Sequence record: PP355766.1
Source of the DNA: Klebsiella phage vB_Kpn_AM_K4
DNA: 32,000 nt
Reading direction: 5' to 3' (one strand)
This document shows, one piece after another, positions 1-8,716 of the stretch (positions within the stretch are counted from its first letter, which is position 1; the number at the start of each line of letters is the position of its first letter). The notes beneath the pieces are model-generated. The model searched no databases, had not been told where the DNA came from, and worked only from the letters and a program-made list of their open reading frames with translations. The position numbers and the translations under genes are program-made.

Positions 1-277
1 AACGATCTGCGTACTTTGCATCTCGGTTGCCCTTATACTCAGGGAAAATATTGGTACGGAAGATACTCTTCCCTTTATCTCCTAGAACGATAGTGTGCTT
101 CGCATCATAGGAGTTTGCCAGAGAGTTGATGGTGTTTGCAAAGGATGCTGCAATAGGCTTACCACTATCTTTCTTGAAGCGGAAGCCCAAGTTCGTACCG
201 TCAACAATCATAAGATTACGGCGTGAGGCGAGGCGTTGTTCTGCCTCTCGTTTCATTGTTCCCCAGGATTTACTCAT
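1..277 (-). CDS. D15: T5-like D15 flap endonuclease/5'-3' exonuclease, N-terminal part, runs off the left edge
   Basis: Manual minus-strand translation from the ATG at 277: MSKSWGTMKREAEQRLASRRNLMIVDGTNLGFRF...HTIVLGDKGKSIFRTNIFPEYKGNRDAKYADR, matching the recalled T5 D15 N-terminus. The start overlaps the stop of the next gene (ATGA). Confidence 0.85.
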   Translation of the reverse strand, partial: MSKSWGTMKREAEQRLASRRNLMIVDGTNLGFRFKKDSGKPIAASFANTINSLANSYDAKHTIVLGDKGKSIFRTNIFPEYKGNRDAKYADR

Positions 278-756
278 TTAACTAAATCTCCAATTTCACA
301 TGCGTTTAACCACGGCTCAAAAAGACCGATAACAATTTCCATTCCACGTTTATTCACTATGAAATGTGCTCTACTCATGAGGTTATCAATCATAGGGTCG
401 CTACTATCCAGAGCGATAAGCCATTGACCACGATCTTTCTTAAAGATCAGGGCGGGTTTCATGTTCATTTGCTCACCTTCACGTGCGGCTTGGGCCCACC
501 ATTTTTCTAGCTGGGATTCTCCAACGTTTAGGATATTGCTATTAAATTTCTCGTCTGCGTAATGTTTGATCTCAAAGCAGTATTGGCTCATTTTACCCAC
601 GCTAGGTGGCAGATATACATCCCCCTTTAGGGAGTGAGATTGGCCAAAAGCCCCTGAACCAGGAACACGTTCCCAGTCCAAGGAGGTATACTTACGCAAC
701 ATATCACGGATTTGGTACTCCGCTCGTTTTCCTTTCTCGCGACTATCTACGGCCAT
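274..756 (-). CDS. T5 D14-like protein, putative Holliday-junction-resolvase-like nuclease
   Basis: 160 aa ORF; N-terminal 'SREKGKRAEYQIRDMLRK' and 'WERVPGSGAFG...KGDVYLP...CFEIKHY' resemble a PD-(D/E)XK/Hjc-like motif set. Gene order D15-D14-D13 as in T5. Confidence 0.7.
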   Translation of the reverse strand: MAVDSREKGKRAEYQIRDMLRKYTSLDWERVPGSGAFGQSHSLKGDVYLPPSVGKMSQYCFEIKHYADEKFNSNILNVGESQLEKWWAQAAREGEQMNMKPALIFKKDRGQWLIALDSSDPMIDNLMSRAHFIVNKRGMEIVIGLFEPWLNACEIGDLVK

Positions 757-1185
757 TAGGCCTCCAAAATTGATAAGCCAGCTTCATCTTGTTTAACCTC
801 AATCTTATGTGCATACGGATGCGTGTGCCCGTGGGATACGATGATTGAGTTCAGCTGATCTTCTTCCTGTAGAAGTTCTACGAGGGTATTAATTCCATCC
901 GGGTCAATATAACTTACAACTTCATCAAGGAAGAGCAGATTGATATTAACCTTACTAATTGTTGAAAGCAACATTCGAATTGCTAATAGCGTGGAAATAT
1001 TGATGCGGCTCTGCTGACCAGTGGAGCAGTTGACCATAGAAGTCCTGTTACCATCATTGTAGATGACAACCTGTAACTTCGTCTCATCCAACTCGAACCC
1101 TAAAGCAAATTTACCGCTGGTCATGATAGAGAGATAGTGGTTAATCATCTCTTCAAATACCTTGACGCTGTGCTCTTGACAACTT
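756..1185 (-). pseudogene. C-terminal fragment of SbcC/gp46-type recombination nuclease subunit (T5 D13-like)
   Basis: Signature-like 'STGQQSRINIST', Walker B 'INLLFLDEVV' and H-loop 'SIIVSHGHTH'. The frame stays open upstream of the called Met but the N-terminal half is absent. Confidence 0.7.
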
Positions 1186-1248
1186 TGTGAAAATAATTTG
1201 GGGCATTCTAAGGAGGGATTTTGGAGGGATATAGATTTATATGGAAGG

Positions 1249-1269
1249 ACCTGGAGATGACCTCCAGGT
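1249..1269. terminator. 8-bp hairpin, possible terminator or attenuator
   Basis: ACCTGGAG-ATGAC-CTCCAGGT; no strong T-run. Confidence 0.4.
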
Positions 1270-1277
1270 TCCCTAGA

Positions 1278-1349
1278 TTAACTGAGGAGCAATAAAACTA
1301 GACCTAATACTACAATTATAGAGCCTACAATCAAATAAAATTCTATCAT
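1278..1349 (-). CDS. 23-aa hydrophobic peptide translationally coupled to gene 52
   Basis: MIEFYLIVGSIIVVLGLVLLLLS; ATG overlaps the gene 52 stop. Position suggests a 52.1-type ORF. Confidence 0.5.
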   Translation of the reverse strand: MIEFYLIVGSIIVVLGLVLLLLS

Positions 1350-2734
1350 AATTCTTCCAGGTCTTTTAGATACTCAGCCTCAGGCGTTGTCTTTTCCCAG
1401 TACTTAACCTCTTGTGCTAGGCGTTTTGCTTCCTGAGCAAGTTTCTTCGCTTCATCATCAGTGATGTGATAGATGTTCATTGAAACAAGTTTTTCAGAAT
1501 GGTCTTTGAATAGTTCATTCTGTTCAATTTCTTTAGTCAACTGCTTACGAGTTTTACCTTGGATAACGATGTTACCTGCGATAACCTCTTTGATAAATTG
1601 AGCTTTTGCCTGAGCAAGATTAAACGCCTGCTTAGTTTCAGCGATTTTGTGCTCAATTCGTTTGGCGGTGAATGTCTTACGGACTTCTACAAAATGACGA
1701 ATAAGCTCACCTGAAGTTTTGAACTTATCGTTCAGTTTACCGTTCTCGTCGATGACTACGATGTACTGACTCATTTTCTCAATGAGTTTAAAATCCTTCA
1801 TGATTTTAGCATGACGTTGCTCAGGGTCATCGCTCAAAGCATAGTCTTTACGGAATTTCACCTTAAAGCCAAACCCGGTCTTAGAACAGTCATCATCGTA
1901 TGTGATGTATCCTGCATCTTCCAACGGGTCAAGTACTTTTTCAACGTAAGAAGCTCGTTCAAACTTGTACGGAATTTCACTGATATAGATCGAGTTCCGT
2001 GAAGTTTCTTTATACACGCCGTGCAGTTCAACAGAACCGTCTTCAGTTTGAACGATTTTTCCGTTAAATTTAGGGAACTGAACTTCAGGTTCCATAACTT
2101 CGCCACGAAGAGCCGCTTTAGTACATTCTAAAACAGATTCAAAGCTGTGTGGAAGAATAGAAGTTGAATAACCTGTTGCAATACCGCGAACGCCATTCAG
2201 AAGAACAGTCGGAATTACCGGCAGATAATATGCGGGAGGAACATGTTCTTTATCTTTATGTGCTGGAGCGATTTCTGTATCTTTGTAGATTTTACGGAAG
2301 TTGTCAGAAATCCGGCAGAAAATATAACGACTTGCCGCAGCAGATTGAACCAAGCGAGAACCGAAGTTACCTTGTCCATCTAATAGAGGATAGTTGTTAT
2401 TCCATGTGTTTGCCATCAATGCACCAGCATCTTGGGCAGACGTTTCACCATGATGATATCCTAAATCAGCTACACCACCGGCGACAGACGCAAGCTTATG
2501 GAATTTTTCTTTATTACCACGAGCTAAATCAAGAGCCCGAGCAATAACAAACCGCTGTACAGGTTTAAACCCATCAATTAAGTTCGGAATAGCGCGGTTT
2601 TCTACAGTGTAAATCGCATACTCTTTTGCTTCATTATCAATGATAGATTTCAAATCGCGATGACGAAGATTTGACGCTTTAGCCAAATCATCGATAGAAC
2701 CTGCTTGCTTTAATAGAGTGTCAAAAATATCCAT
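1346..2734 (-). CDS. 52: T4-like DNA topoisomerase II medium subunit gp52
   Basis: 462 aa with GyrA/ParC-like features: 'IDGFKPVQRFVIARALDLA', 'DAGALMANTWNNNYPLLDGQGNFGSRL', 'AAASRYIFCRIS'. Confidence 0.95.
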   Translation of the reverse strand: MDIFDTLLKQAGSIDDLAKASNLRHRDLKSIIDNEAKEYAIYTVENRAIPNLIDGFKPVQRFVIARALDLARGNKEKFHKLASVAGGVADLGYHHGETSAQDAGALMANTWNNNYPLLDGQGNFGSRLVQSAAASRYIFCRISDNFRKIYKDTEIAPAHKDKEHVPPAYYLPVIPTVLLNGVRGIATGYSTSILPHSFESVLECTKAALRGEVMEPEVQFPKFNGKIVQTEDGSVELHGVYKETSRNSIYISEIPYKFERASYVEKVLDPLEDAGYITYDDDCSKTGFGFKVKFRKDYALSDDPEQRHAKIMKDFKLIEKMSQYIVVIDENGKLNDKFKTSGELIRHFVEVRKTFTAKRIEHKIAETKQAFNLAQAKAQFIKEVIAGNIVIQGKTRKQLTKEIEQNELFKDHSEKLVSMNIYHITDDEAKKLAQEAKRLAQEVKYWEKTTPEAEYLKDLEEL

Positions 2735-2748
2735 TGTACCTACCAGAT

Positions 2749-2880
2749 TAGTGAGCCGATTTGTACTATAACATCGGAAATGAAAAGCACAATATAAATC
2801 ATTCCGTAAATCATCCCATAGTACAAAACCAAAAGAATGATGGAAATAACTACGGCAGAAACTAGGAGTTTCTTAATCAT
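2749..2880 (-). CDS. Small hydrophobic membrane peptide
   Basis: MIKKLLVSAVVISIILLVLYYGMIYGMIYIVLFISDVIVQSAH; manual translation, about 43 aa. Confidence 0.45.
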
Positions 2881-3050
2881 TTGTAAACTCCTACAATTTT
2901 ACAAATGCGCTCAAACATAATAAATGCTGCGGTGAACGCAATACTTCCGATTACTTTAGTGGTAGGCACAAGGCCATACCACATGAATGTTCCTGAGCAA
3001 ATCATTAAGGCCATCAGAAACACATAGCCCATCACAAAGAAGTTTCTCAT
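2877..3050 (-). CDS. Small membrane protein (57 aa), possibly Ac-like
   Basis: MRNFFVMGYVFLMALMICSGTFMWYGLVPTTKVIGSIAFTAAFIMFERICKIVGVYK; ATGA overlap with the upstream ndd stop. Confidence 0.5.
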   Translation of the reverse strand: MRNFFVMGYVFLMALMICSGTFMWYGLVPTTKVIGSIAFTAAFIMFERICKIVGVYK

Positions 3051-3285
3051 TAGTATTTCTGCATAGAGAAAACAAAGTTATCATTCAGAATACGATTCAG
3101 CTCAGAGTAGGTCTGCGCGTCGCTTGAATGCTGACGAGTAAACGCCAGTGCAAGTTGACCTTTGCCATAACCAGTGGTGAGTGGTTTCATTTTATTAGCA
3201 GGAATCCAGAACACACCATATGTTACACAGTTTGAACGAAGGGTACGACCCAACTGAGAACGCCCAGAACGGATATGAGAAAGAA
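3050..3285 (-). pseudogene. ndd: Nucleoid disruption protein Ndd, C-terminal fragment
   Basis: '[78 protein letters not shown]' matches the recalled T4 Ndd C-terminus; N-terminal half missing. Confidence 0.75.
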
Positions 3286-3439
3286 CGATTTGATTAAAGA
3301 ACGGTATGGAAAAATTGATTGGATGCTAATGGATGTAAATGTTCCGTTAGTATTAGAAGTTGGACCTAAAAACCAGTTTGAAATCATGCGAAATAAACAT
3401 GACAAATTAATGTATCGCTTTGTTCCAAGCGGATATTAA
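3275..3439 (+). CDS. Hypothetical 54-aa ORF, possibly the tail of a truncated gene
   Basis: [54 protein letters not shown]; begins at the ndd seam. Confidence 0.3.
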   Translation: MRKNDLIKERYGKIDWMLMDVNVPLVLEVGPKNQFEIMRNKHDKLMYRFVPSGY

Positions 3440-3466
3440 TTGCTTTAAAAATCGATGTGGTATAAT
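3439..3466 (+). promoter_or_regulatory. T4 early-type sigma70 promoter
   Basis: TTGCTTTAAAAATCGATGTGGTATAAT; the atgTGGTATAAT block resembles T4 early promoters. Precedes the 3553 and rnlB genes. Confidence 0.6.
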
Positions 3467-3552
3467 GGGCTCAGGGGAAATCCTCTGATACCATTACCCT
3501 TGTCAAAAATAGATGGACTCCTGGTTTTATATTATTTATTGAGAGAAAAATT

Positions 3553-3810
3553 ATGAACCTTGCCGATAGAATGGCTAATACTGCTATTAACGTAGCCACA
3601 GAAGAATTATCAGCAGCAAAAGAAGAAGTATTAACTCAGATTGAGAAAACCGCTTTAGCGGGTAAGCGTGAGCTAATTATGTATCCGAGTAGTCTAGTTA
3701 AGAAACACATTACAAGTGTTCTTAATTATTTGCATGATGAAGGATTTGTTACAAATTATACCAGTTCCCAGCGTAACGGTGATACTGACTTTATGAAAAT
3801 CACATTCTAA
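3553..3810 (+). CDS. Conserved hypothetical protein upstream of rnlB
   Basis: 85 aa ORF, co-directional and 10 bp before rnlB. Confidence 0.6.
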   Translation: MNLADRMANTAINVATEELSAAKEEVLTQIEKTALAGKRELIMYPSSLVKKHITSVLNYLHDEGFVTNYTSSQRNGDTDFMKITF

Positions 3811-3820
3811 GGAAATTATA

Positions 3821-4828
3821 ATGTTTGCAAAATATTCTAGTCTCGAGAATCATTACAACGGTAAGTTCATCGAGAAGATTCGTGGTGCTGGTTTTGATAT
3901 GCATACTGTTGAGTGGGTGGCTCGTGAGAAGATTCATGGCACTAACTTCAGTGTGATTATTACTCCTACCGAAATCGTTCCGGCTAAGCGTACTGGACCT
4001 ATTTTAGAAAGTGAAAGTTTCTTTGGTCATGATATTATCATGAAGAAATATAAGGATTCTTTCGTTAAGATGCAGAACATGCTGAACGCCATGGATTTAG
4101 TATCTGTTCAAATCTTTGGCGAATTTGCTGGCGGTGGCATTCAGAAGGGCGTAGATTATGGTGAGAAAGATTTCTACGTGTTTGATATCCTGTCGGACTC
4201 CGGTAATGAAAAAGTTTATTGGGACGATTATGTAGTAGAATCGTTTGCTACTGGTCTTGGTCTTAAATTGGCTCCACTTCTTGGTCGAGGTTCATTTGCC
4301 GAGCTATCTCAGTATGTAAATGACTTTAAATCTATTGTCAATTACTATAATGAGCTTGTTGACACGACTGACCTTGAACACGCAAATAAACATGTGTTCG
4401 GTCCGCAGGCTTCTTCTGAAACTGGCGTAGCTGAAGGCTATGTTCTTAAGCCGGTTCATCCTAAGTTCTTCAATAATGGTACTCGTGTTGCTATTAAGTG
4501 TAAGAACTCTAAGTTCAGTGAGAAGGCTAAATCCGATAAGCCTATTAAAGCGAAGGTTGAACTCACCGAGAATGATAAGCGTGTTCTGGAAATCTTTTCT
4601 GAATATGTAACCTGGAACCGTGTAAGTAACGTTCTGTCTCATATTGGTACTGTAACTGCTAAAGATTTCGGTCGTGTTATGGGTCTGACTATGAAAGATA
4701 TCATTAACGAAGCAGCACGTGAAGGTCATGACATGCTATTCGCTGATAATCCTTCTGCTGTTAAGAAAGAAATCACTACTTTAATTCAAAACACTATTCG
4801 TAGTAAATGGCATGAGGTTTTAGAATAA
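3821..4828 (+). CDS. rnlB: T4-like RNA ligase 2
   Basis: Nucleotidyltransferase motif I 'EWVAREKIHGTNF', 'GEFAGGGIQKGVDYG', 'AEGYVLKP', 'VAIKCKNSKFSEK'; full-length 335 aa. Confidence 0.95.
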   Translation: MFAKYSSLENHYNGKFIEKIRGAGFDMHTVEWVAREKIHGTNFSVIITPTEIVPAKRTGPILESESFFGHDIIMKKYKDSFVKMQNMLNAMDLVSVQIFGEFAGGGIQKGVDYGEKDFYVFDILSDSGNEKVYWDDYVVESFATGLGLKLAPLLGRGSFAELSQYVNDFKSIVNYYNELVDTTDLEHANKHVFGPQASSETGVAEGYVLKPVHPKFFNNGTRVAIKCKNSKFSEKAKSDKPIKAKVELTENDKRVLEIFSEYVTWNRVSNVLSHIGTVTAKDFGRVMGLTMKDIINEAAREGHDMLFADNPSAVKKEITTLIQNTIRSKWHEVLE

Positions 4829-5400
4829 TGAGATTGGCGCTTATTGGTTCACGAGAAGCGCCACGCAGAGTTCTGAGTCTAATGACTACAATAGGTCAAC
4901 GCCTCTCGGAAGAGGGGCATTTTTCATATTCAGGTGGAGCTCCGGGTTCAGATGAAGCGTGGTTGGCGAAATACGATAGGTCAAATTCTTGTAGGATTAT
5001 TCCTTATTCTGGCTTTTGTGGCCATGTTCCTGGTACAGGTGTTGTTGTATGGTCTGAATTATCAAACGAAGCCAAAATCAAAAGCATCATTAAGGCGAGA
5101 GAAGTTACGTCGTACTGGGATGAATGCTCGAAGATAGTGCAGACTTTATTCGCACGGAATTCTATGCAGGTATTGGGCCTAGAATGCACTGAGCCTGTAG
5201 ATAAGGTATTATATTGGGCGCCTGAGAAAAGATGCGGGAGTGTATCTGGAGGGACGAGAGTAGCTGTTGATATAGCTCGCAGGCACGGGATAGAATGTGT
5301 TAATCTATACGATAAGAAAGTGTTTAAATCCCTCGAGGAGGAATACTCTCCGAAGTTTGACATATTTAGTTTTTTCATCGTGTTTCTCTCAGTTTGTTAA
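4828..5400 (+). CDS. SLOG/DprA-like Rossmann-fold protein; C-terminus may be altered by a seam
   Basis: 'MRLALIGSREAP...SYSGGAPGSDEAWLAKY' and 'SVSGGTRVAVDIARRHGI'; ATG overlaps the rnlB stop. Confidence 0.6.
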   Translation: MRLALIGSREAPRRVLSLMTTIGQRLSEEGHFSYSGGAPGSDEAWLAKYDRSNSCRIIPYSGFCGHVPGTGVVVWSELSNEAKIKSIIKAREVTSYWDECSKIVQTLFARNSMQVLGLECTEPVDKVLYWAPEKRCGSVSGGTRVAVDIARRHGIECVNLYDKKVFKSLEEEYSPKFDIFSFFIVFLSVC

Positions 5401-5403
5401 TGT

Positions 5404-5425
5404 AGAGCCATTATATAATGGCTCT
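5404..5425. terminator. Perfect 22-nt palindrome, candidate terminator
   Basis: AGAGCCATTATATAATGGCTCT followed by TTCAT. Confidence 0.5.
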
Positions 5426-5441
5426 TTCATAAAGTAAATAG

Positions 5442-5610
5442 TTATCGGTGAGAAATTTCACATCCAACATCGACGCCGAACAGATACCCAGCTTCCCACC
5501 CTTTAGCCATCATAGCCTTGGCCACCAGAACCATCGTTGGAGAGATTTTCGGGAGGATTTCCCGGTTGAACCACTCTTCAAAGTTTTCATCGAACTCAAA
5601 CTCTTCCATT
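5442..5610 (-). pseudogene. Small ORF coupled to dexA, apparently frameshifted
   Basis: MEEFEFDENF* from the ATG at 5610; the +1 frame continues EEWFNREILPKISPTMVLVAKAMMAKGWEAGYLFGVDVGCEISHR*. The shift is at a TTTT run near 5580. Confidence 0.4.
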
Positions 5611-6298
5611 AGCCACGCCCCTTAGGTAAACTCAAAGGATCGGTATCTTCTGGACTTGGTGCTTCGCTTAGGCCTAGAGCATAACGTTGAGCATATTTAA
5701 GCATTAAAATATCCTTAGCACAGTCATGGATACTATCATGCGCGATAAACCCGTCGAGCGTACCCTTTGGAAGAGGAGTAGTTGTCAGCCCACGAGTCAG
5801 AAGCAGCGATTCAATTGCAGTACGAATGTCACGCTGATTCCAGAACTTGCATGGTTCTTCTTTAAATGTATCAATTTCTTCTTCGGAAATTCCTTGGGCT
5901 CGTTGAACATCGCGAAGACAATCAACAAAAATTGGAAAGTCAAAGCTCTGTCCACGACACCAGCCAAAGGAATCCCATGGGTGAATTCCATTATCAATCA
6001 GATATTGCTGAGCTTCTTTAATTCCAGCAATTACTGATAAATCGTCTGGCGTTGAGGCCAGGTTAGCACGGGCCTCAGCTGATTGTTTCTTCCACCACTC
6101 AAGAGTAGACTTACCAAACAACCGATGACCTTTCTGGGATTTAAGGTCAAACTTAATACGATGACCACGTTTAACCAATTCATCGAAGCTTTCCAGAACT
6201 TCAGGGTCAGAATCAAAGGTTATTAGAGCAAGGTCAATCACAGAAGAGCTTGACACATTTCCGAATGTTTCAAAATCAATAATAAAGTCTTTAGCCAT
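5609..6298 (-). CDS. dexA: DexA 3'-5' exonuclease (exonuclease A)
   Basis: DEDDh family: 'FIIDFETFG', 'KSTLEWWKKQS', 'EPCKFWNQRDIRT', 'HDSIHDCAKDILMLKYA'; full-length. Confidence 0.92.
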   Translation of the reverse strand: MAKDFIIDFETFGNVSSSSVIDLALITFDSDPEVLESFDELVKRGHRIKFDLKSQKGHRLFGKSTLEWWKKQSAEARANLASTPDDLSVIAGIKEAQQYLIDNGIHPWDSFGWCRGQSFDFPIFVDCLRDVQRAQGISEEEIDTFKEEPCKFWNQRDIRTAIESLLLTRGLTTTPLPKGTLDGFIAHDSIHDCAKDILMLKYAQRYALGLSEAPSPEDTDPLSLPKGRG

Positions 6299-6545
6299 TT
6301 TGAGCCTCTAGCATAAATTTAATTTCGCGTAACTGGCAACCAATATATTCGCTCAGATACACCTTTGGGTCATATCCTGTGAACCAAGTAATAGCATTAG
6401 CATTATCTGCTATATCACGAAGCTCATTCAGAACTGTATCAATTTTAATGTTAATAGCACGCTTAACATTATCCGGTGCTTCAAACTTAGATTCTTGTAA
6501 GCCAACAATCATTGTTTGAAGGTCTTCTAATTTCAATTCAAACAT
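6291..6545 (-). CDS. Conserved hypothetical between dexA and dda
   Basis: 84 aa ORF overlapping the dexA start. Confidence 0.6.
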   Translation of the reverse strand: MFELKLEDLQTMIVGLQESKFEAPDNVKRAINIKIDTVLNELRDIADNANAITWFTGYDPKVYLSEYIGCQLREIKFMLEAQNG

Positions 6546-6551
6546 ATTACC

Positions 6552-7281
6552 TCACACATAGAATACATCATAACGACCACGAGTAGTACCAACATATAAT
6601 AACTGCTGTGCGAGAGAAGCATCTGCCATGTGAATGCATGGAGTATAAATGAAGCTTCTGTCAATTGAGATGCCCTGAGCCTTATGGAAAGTCGAAGCTG
6701 GTAATGCTTTCACTTTATGAAACTTACGCTTAGCATCCCAGAACTCAGACCAAGGAGCTTTACCTCCTTTATTCCAATTCTTATATGTATCTGCAGTTTT
6801 TGCCAAGAAGAATTGAAACTTATTCATTTCTTCTTCGGATGAGATGACACAGATTTTCTCTCTAGCGTACTCTTCATCGTCGCCATAGGTTTCAATATCT
6901 AATACCCAATGACGAACCAGATATTCACCTGGAACACCTCTGGCACCCAAAAACGTGGTGGTTTCAACTGCATCTAATATGCGAACAAACTGACCATTAT
7001 TGAAAAGAATTTCGCTGAATTTCTTCCCTTCAAATTTAAGTTCCTTGGTAAGAGGTTCTTGCATAACAACAATCTCACCTACTACGAATGGTCGTTCAGT
7101 TTCATAGATTCTGCGTCTGATTATTTCATTCAATTTATCCACAGATTTATTCGTGAATGCAAGCATTCTGTTTTCAAATAAATCTTCTGGTGTTTTAACT
7201 AAATTAAAATAATTTAGCATAAAATCTTTAAGGGCGGTTCCTTTAGTAAAACCACGGACGCCATGACCATCAACTACACAG
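6552..7281 (-). pseudogene. dda: Dda helicase, C-terminal fragment
   Basis: Frame open from about 7281: 'CVVDGHGVRGFTKGTALKDFMLNYFNLVKTPEDLFENRMLAFTNKSVDKLNEI...LPASTFHKAQGISIDRSFIYTPC...QQLLYVGTTRGRYDVFYV'. Confidence 0.9.
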
Positions 7282-7312
7282 TCTCTCGAAATAACATACT
7301 GAGGAGATTACA

Positions 7313-7756
7313 ATGAAATCGTTACTTGCTGTTATTGTTGCTCTCACGCTGACTGGTTGTCAAATGCCACAAGGTGATATCGTCCCGGCTTCTTCTGTTG
7401 GACAGGTGCGAGCAATTGGCGGTACTGTAGGATACTATCGTGCTAGCAACCAGGTCTCTGCTGAATCGCTCGCGGTAGAGCGTCGTTTGGCGAAAGAAAA
7501 AGCTAATCCTAATCGTCAGCTATCTGCGATGGAACTCGACATGATTGAGCAAAATAAGCATGAACTGGAAGAAATTAAGCGTCTGCGTAAAACTCAAAAA
7601 GAACGTACATGTACTGCTCAAGCGGCAGCAGTGAATGACCAGATTCGTTTAACTGATTTTGCTAACGGCGGATTGAGTTATAATGAGCATAAACAACGTA
7701 TGGAGCAGTTAAAATCTCTCCAAAATCACATCTACAACAAATGCATGTCTAACTGA
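7313..7756 (+). CDS. Predicted lipoprotein
   Basis: 'MKSLLAVIVALTLTGCQ' signal peptide and lipobox LTGC; RBS GAGGAG. Confidence 0.65.
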   Translation: MKSLLAVIVALTLTGCQMPQGDIVPASSVGQVRAIGGTVGYYRASNQVSAESLAVERRLAKEKANPNRQLSAMELDMIEQNKHELEEIKRLRKTQKERTCTAQAAAVNDQIRLTDFANGGLSYNEHKQRMEQLKSLQNHIYNKCMSN

Positions 7757-7766
7757 GGAGATTAAC

Positions 7767-7973
7767 ATGGAAGCAGTATTTGGTTTAATCATTCTTTTCT
7801 TCATCTATTTTTTGCCGACCTTTGTAGCTTGCAGTCGTAAGCATAAATCACGGGGTGGAATCTTTATCACAAATCTAGTATTCGGTTGGTCCATTATCGG
7901 TTGGTTAATTGCGCTGATTTGGTCTGCTTCTAACGCACAGCAGAATACAATTATTATCCAGCAAGTTAAATAA
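7767..7973 (+). CDS. imm: Imm-like superinfection immunity membrane protein
   Basis: 68 aa, two hydrophobic helices, 'FLPTFVA...KSRGGIFITNLVFGWSIIGWLIALIWSAS' as in the Imm family. Adjacent to gene 42 as in T4. Confidence 0.7.
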   Translation: MEAVFGLIILFFIYFLPTFVACSRKHKSRGGIFITNLVFGWSIIGWLIALIWSASNAQQNTIIIQQVK

Positions 7974-7981
7974 GAGGTCTC

Positions 7982-8716
7982 ATGATTGTAACTCCAATGA
8001 CAGTACAAGATATCCGTCAAGAATTCGCTGATGCTTTGCTCAACAAAGAATTTGTGATTGATAAGACGGGTGTGAAGACTATTGAAATCGTAGGTGCATC
8101 ATTTATTGCAGATGAAAACCTAATTTTTGGCGCAGTTAATGATGGATATATTGCTCGGGAACTTGAGTGGTATAAATCTCAAAGTTTATTCGTTAAAGAT
8201 ATTCCAGGTGAAACCCCAGCTATTTGGAAAGCAATTGCATCCAAGCATGGTGAGATTAATTCTAACTATGGCTGGGCAGTTTGGTCATCACAAAACTATT
8301 CACAGTTTGCTAACTGTGCAAAAGAACTTATCAGTAATCCTGATTCTCGCCGCGGAATTATGATTTATACACGACCTCAAATGCAGTATGATTTTGAGCG
8401 CGATGGCATGAGTGATTTCATGTGTACTAACAATGTTCAGTATCTGATTCGTGATAATAAAGTTCATGCTGTTGTAAACATGCGTTCTAACGATGTCGTC
8501 TTTGGATATCGTAATGACTATGCATGGCAGCTCTATGTTCTGGAACAGTTAACCAAACTTCTGAATGCATCAGGTAAAAATTATTCAGTTGGTGACATTA
8601 TTTGGAATGTCGGGTCTTTGCACGTGTATGAGCGTCATTTCTATCTTGTTGATAACTATGCTCACACGGGTGAAACTCATATTGCAAAGAAAGATTATAA
8701 AGGTGAATGGAAATGA
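7982..8716 (+). CDS. 42: dCMP hydroxymethylase (gp42)
   Basis: 'VDKTGVKTIEIVGASF', 'NSNYGWAVW', 'PDSRRGIMIYTRPQMQYDFERDGMSDFMCTNNVQYLIRD', 'NMRSNDVVFGYRNDYAW'; full-length. Confidence 0.95.
   Translation: MIVTPMTVQDIRQEFADALLNKEFVIDKTGVKTIEIVGASFIADENLIFGAVNDGYIARELEWYKSQSLFVKDIPGETPAIWKAIASKHGEINSNYGWAVWSSQNYSQFANCAKELISNPDSRRGIMIYTRPQMQYDFERDGMSDFMCTNNVQYLIRDNKVHAVVNMRSNDVVFGYRNDYAWQLYVLEQLTKLLNASGKNYSVGDIIWNVGSLHVYERHFYLVDNYAHTGETHIAKKDYKGEWK

Noticed and set aside
4304-4729. 141-aa minus-strand ORF antisense to rnlB
   Set aside because: Lies entirely within the well-supported rnlB coding sequence; composition looks like an antisense artefact. The same applies to 1811..2002, 1858..2106, 2164..2547, 5726..6037, 24101..24442 and 28389..28661.
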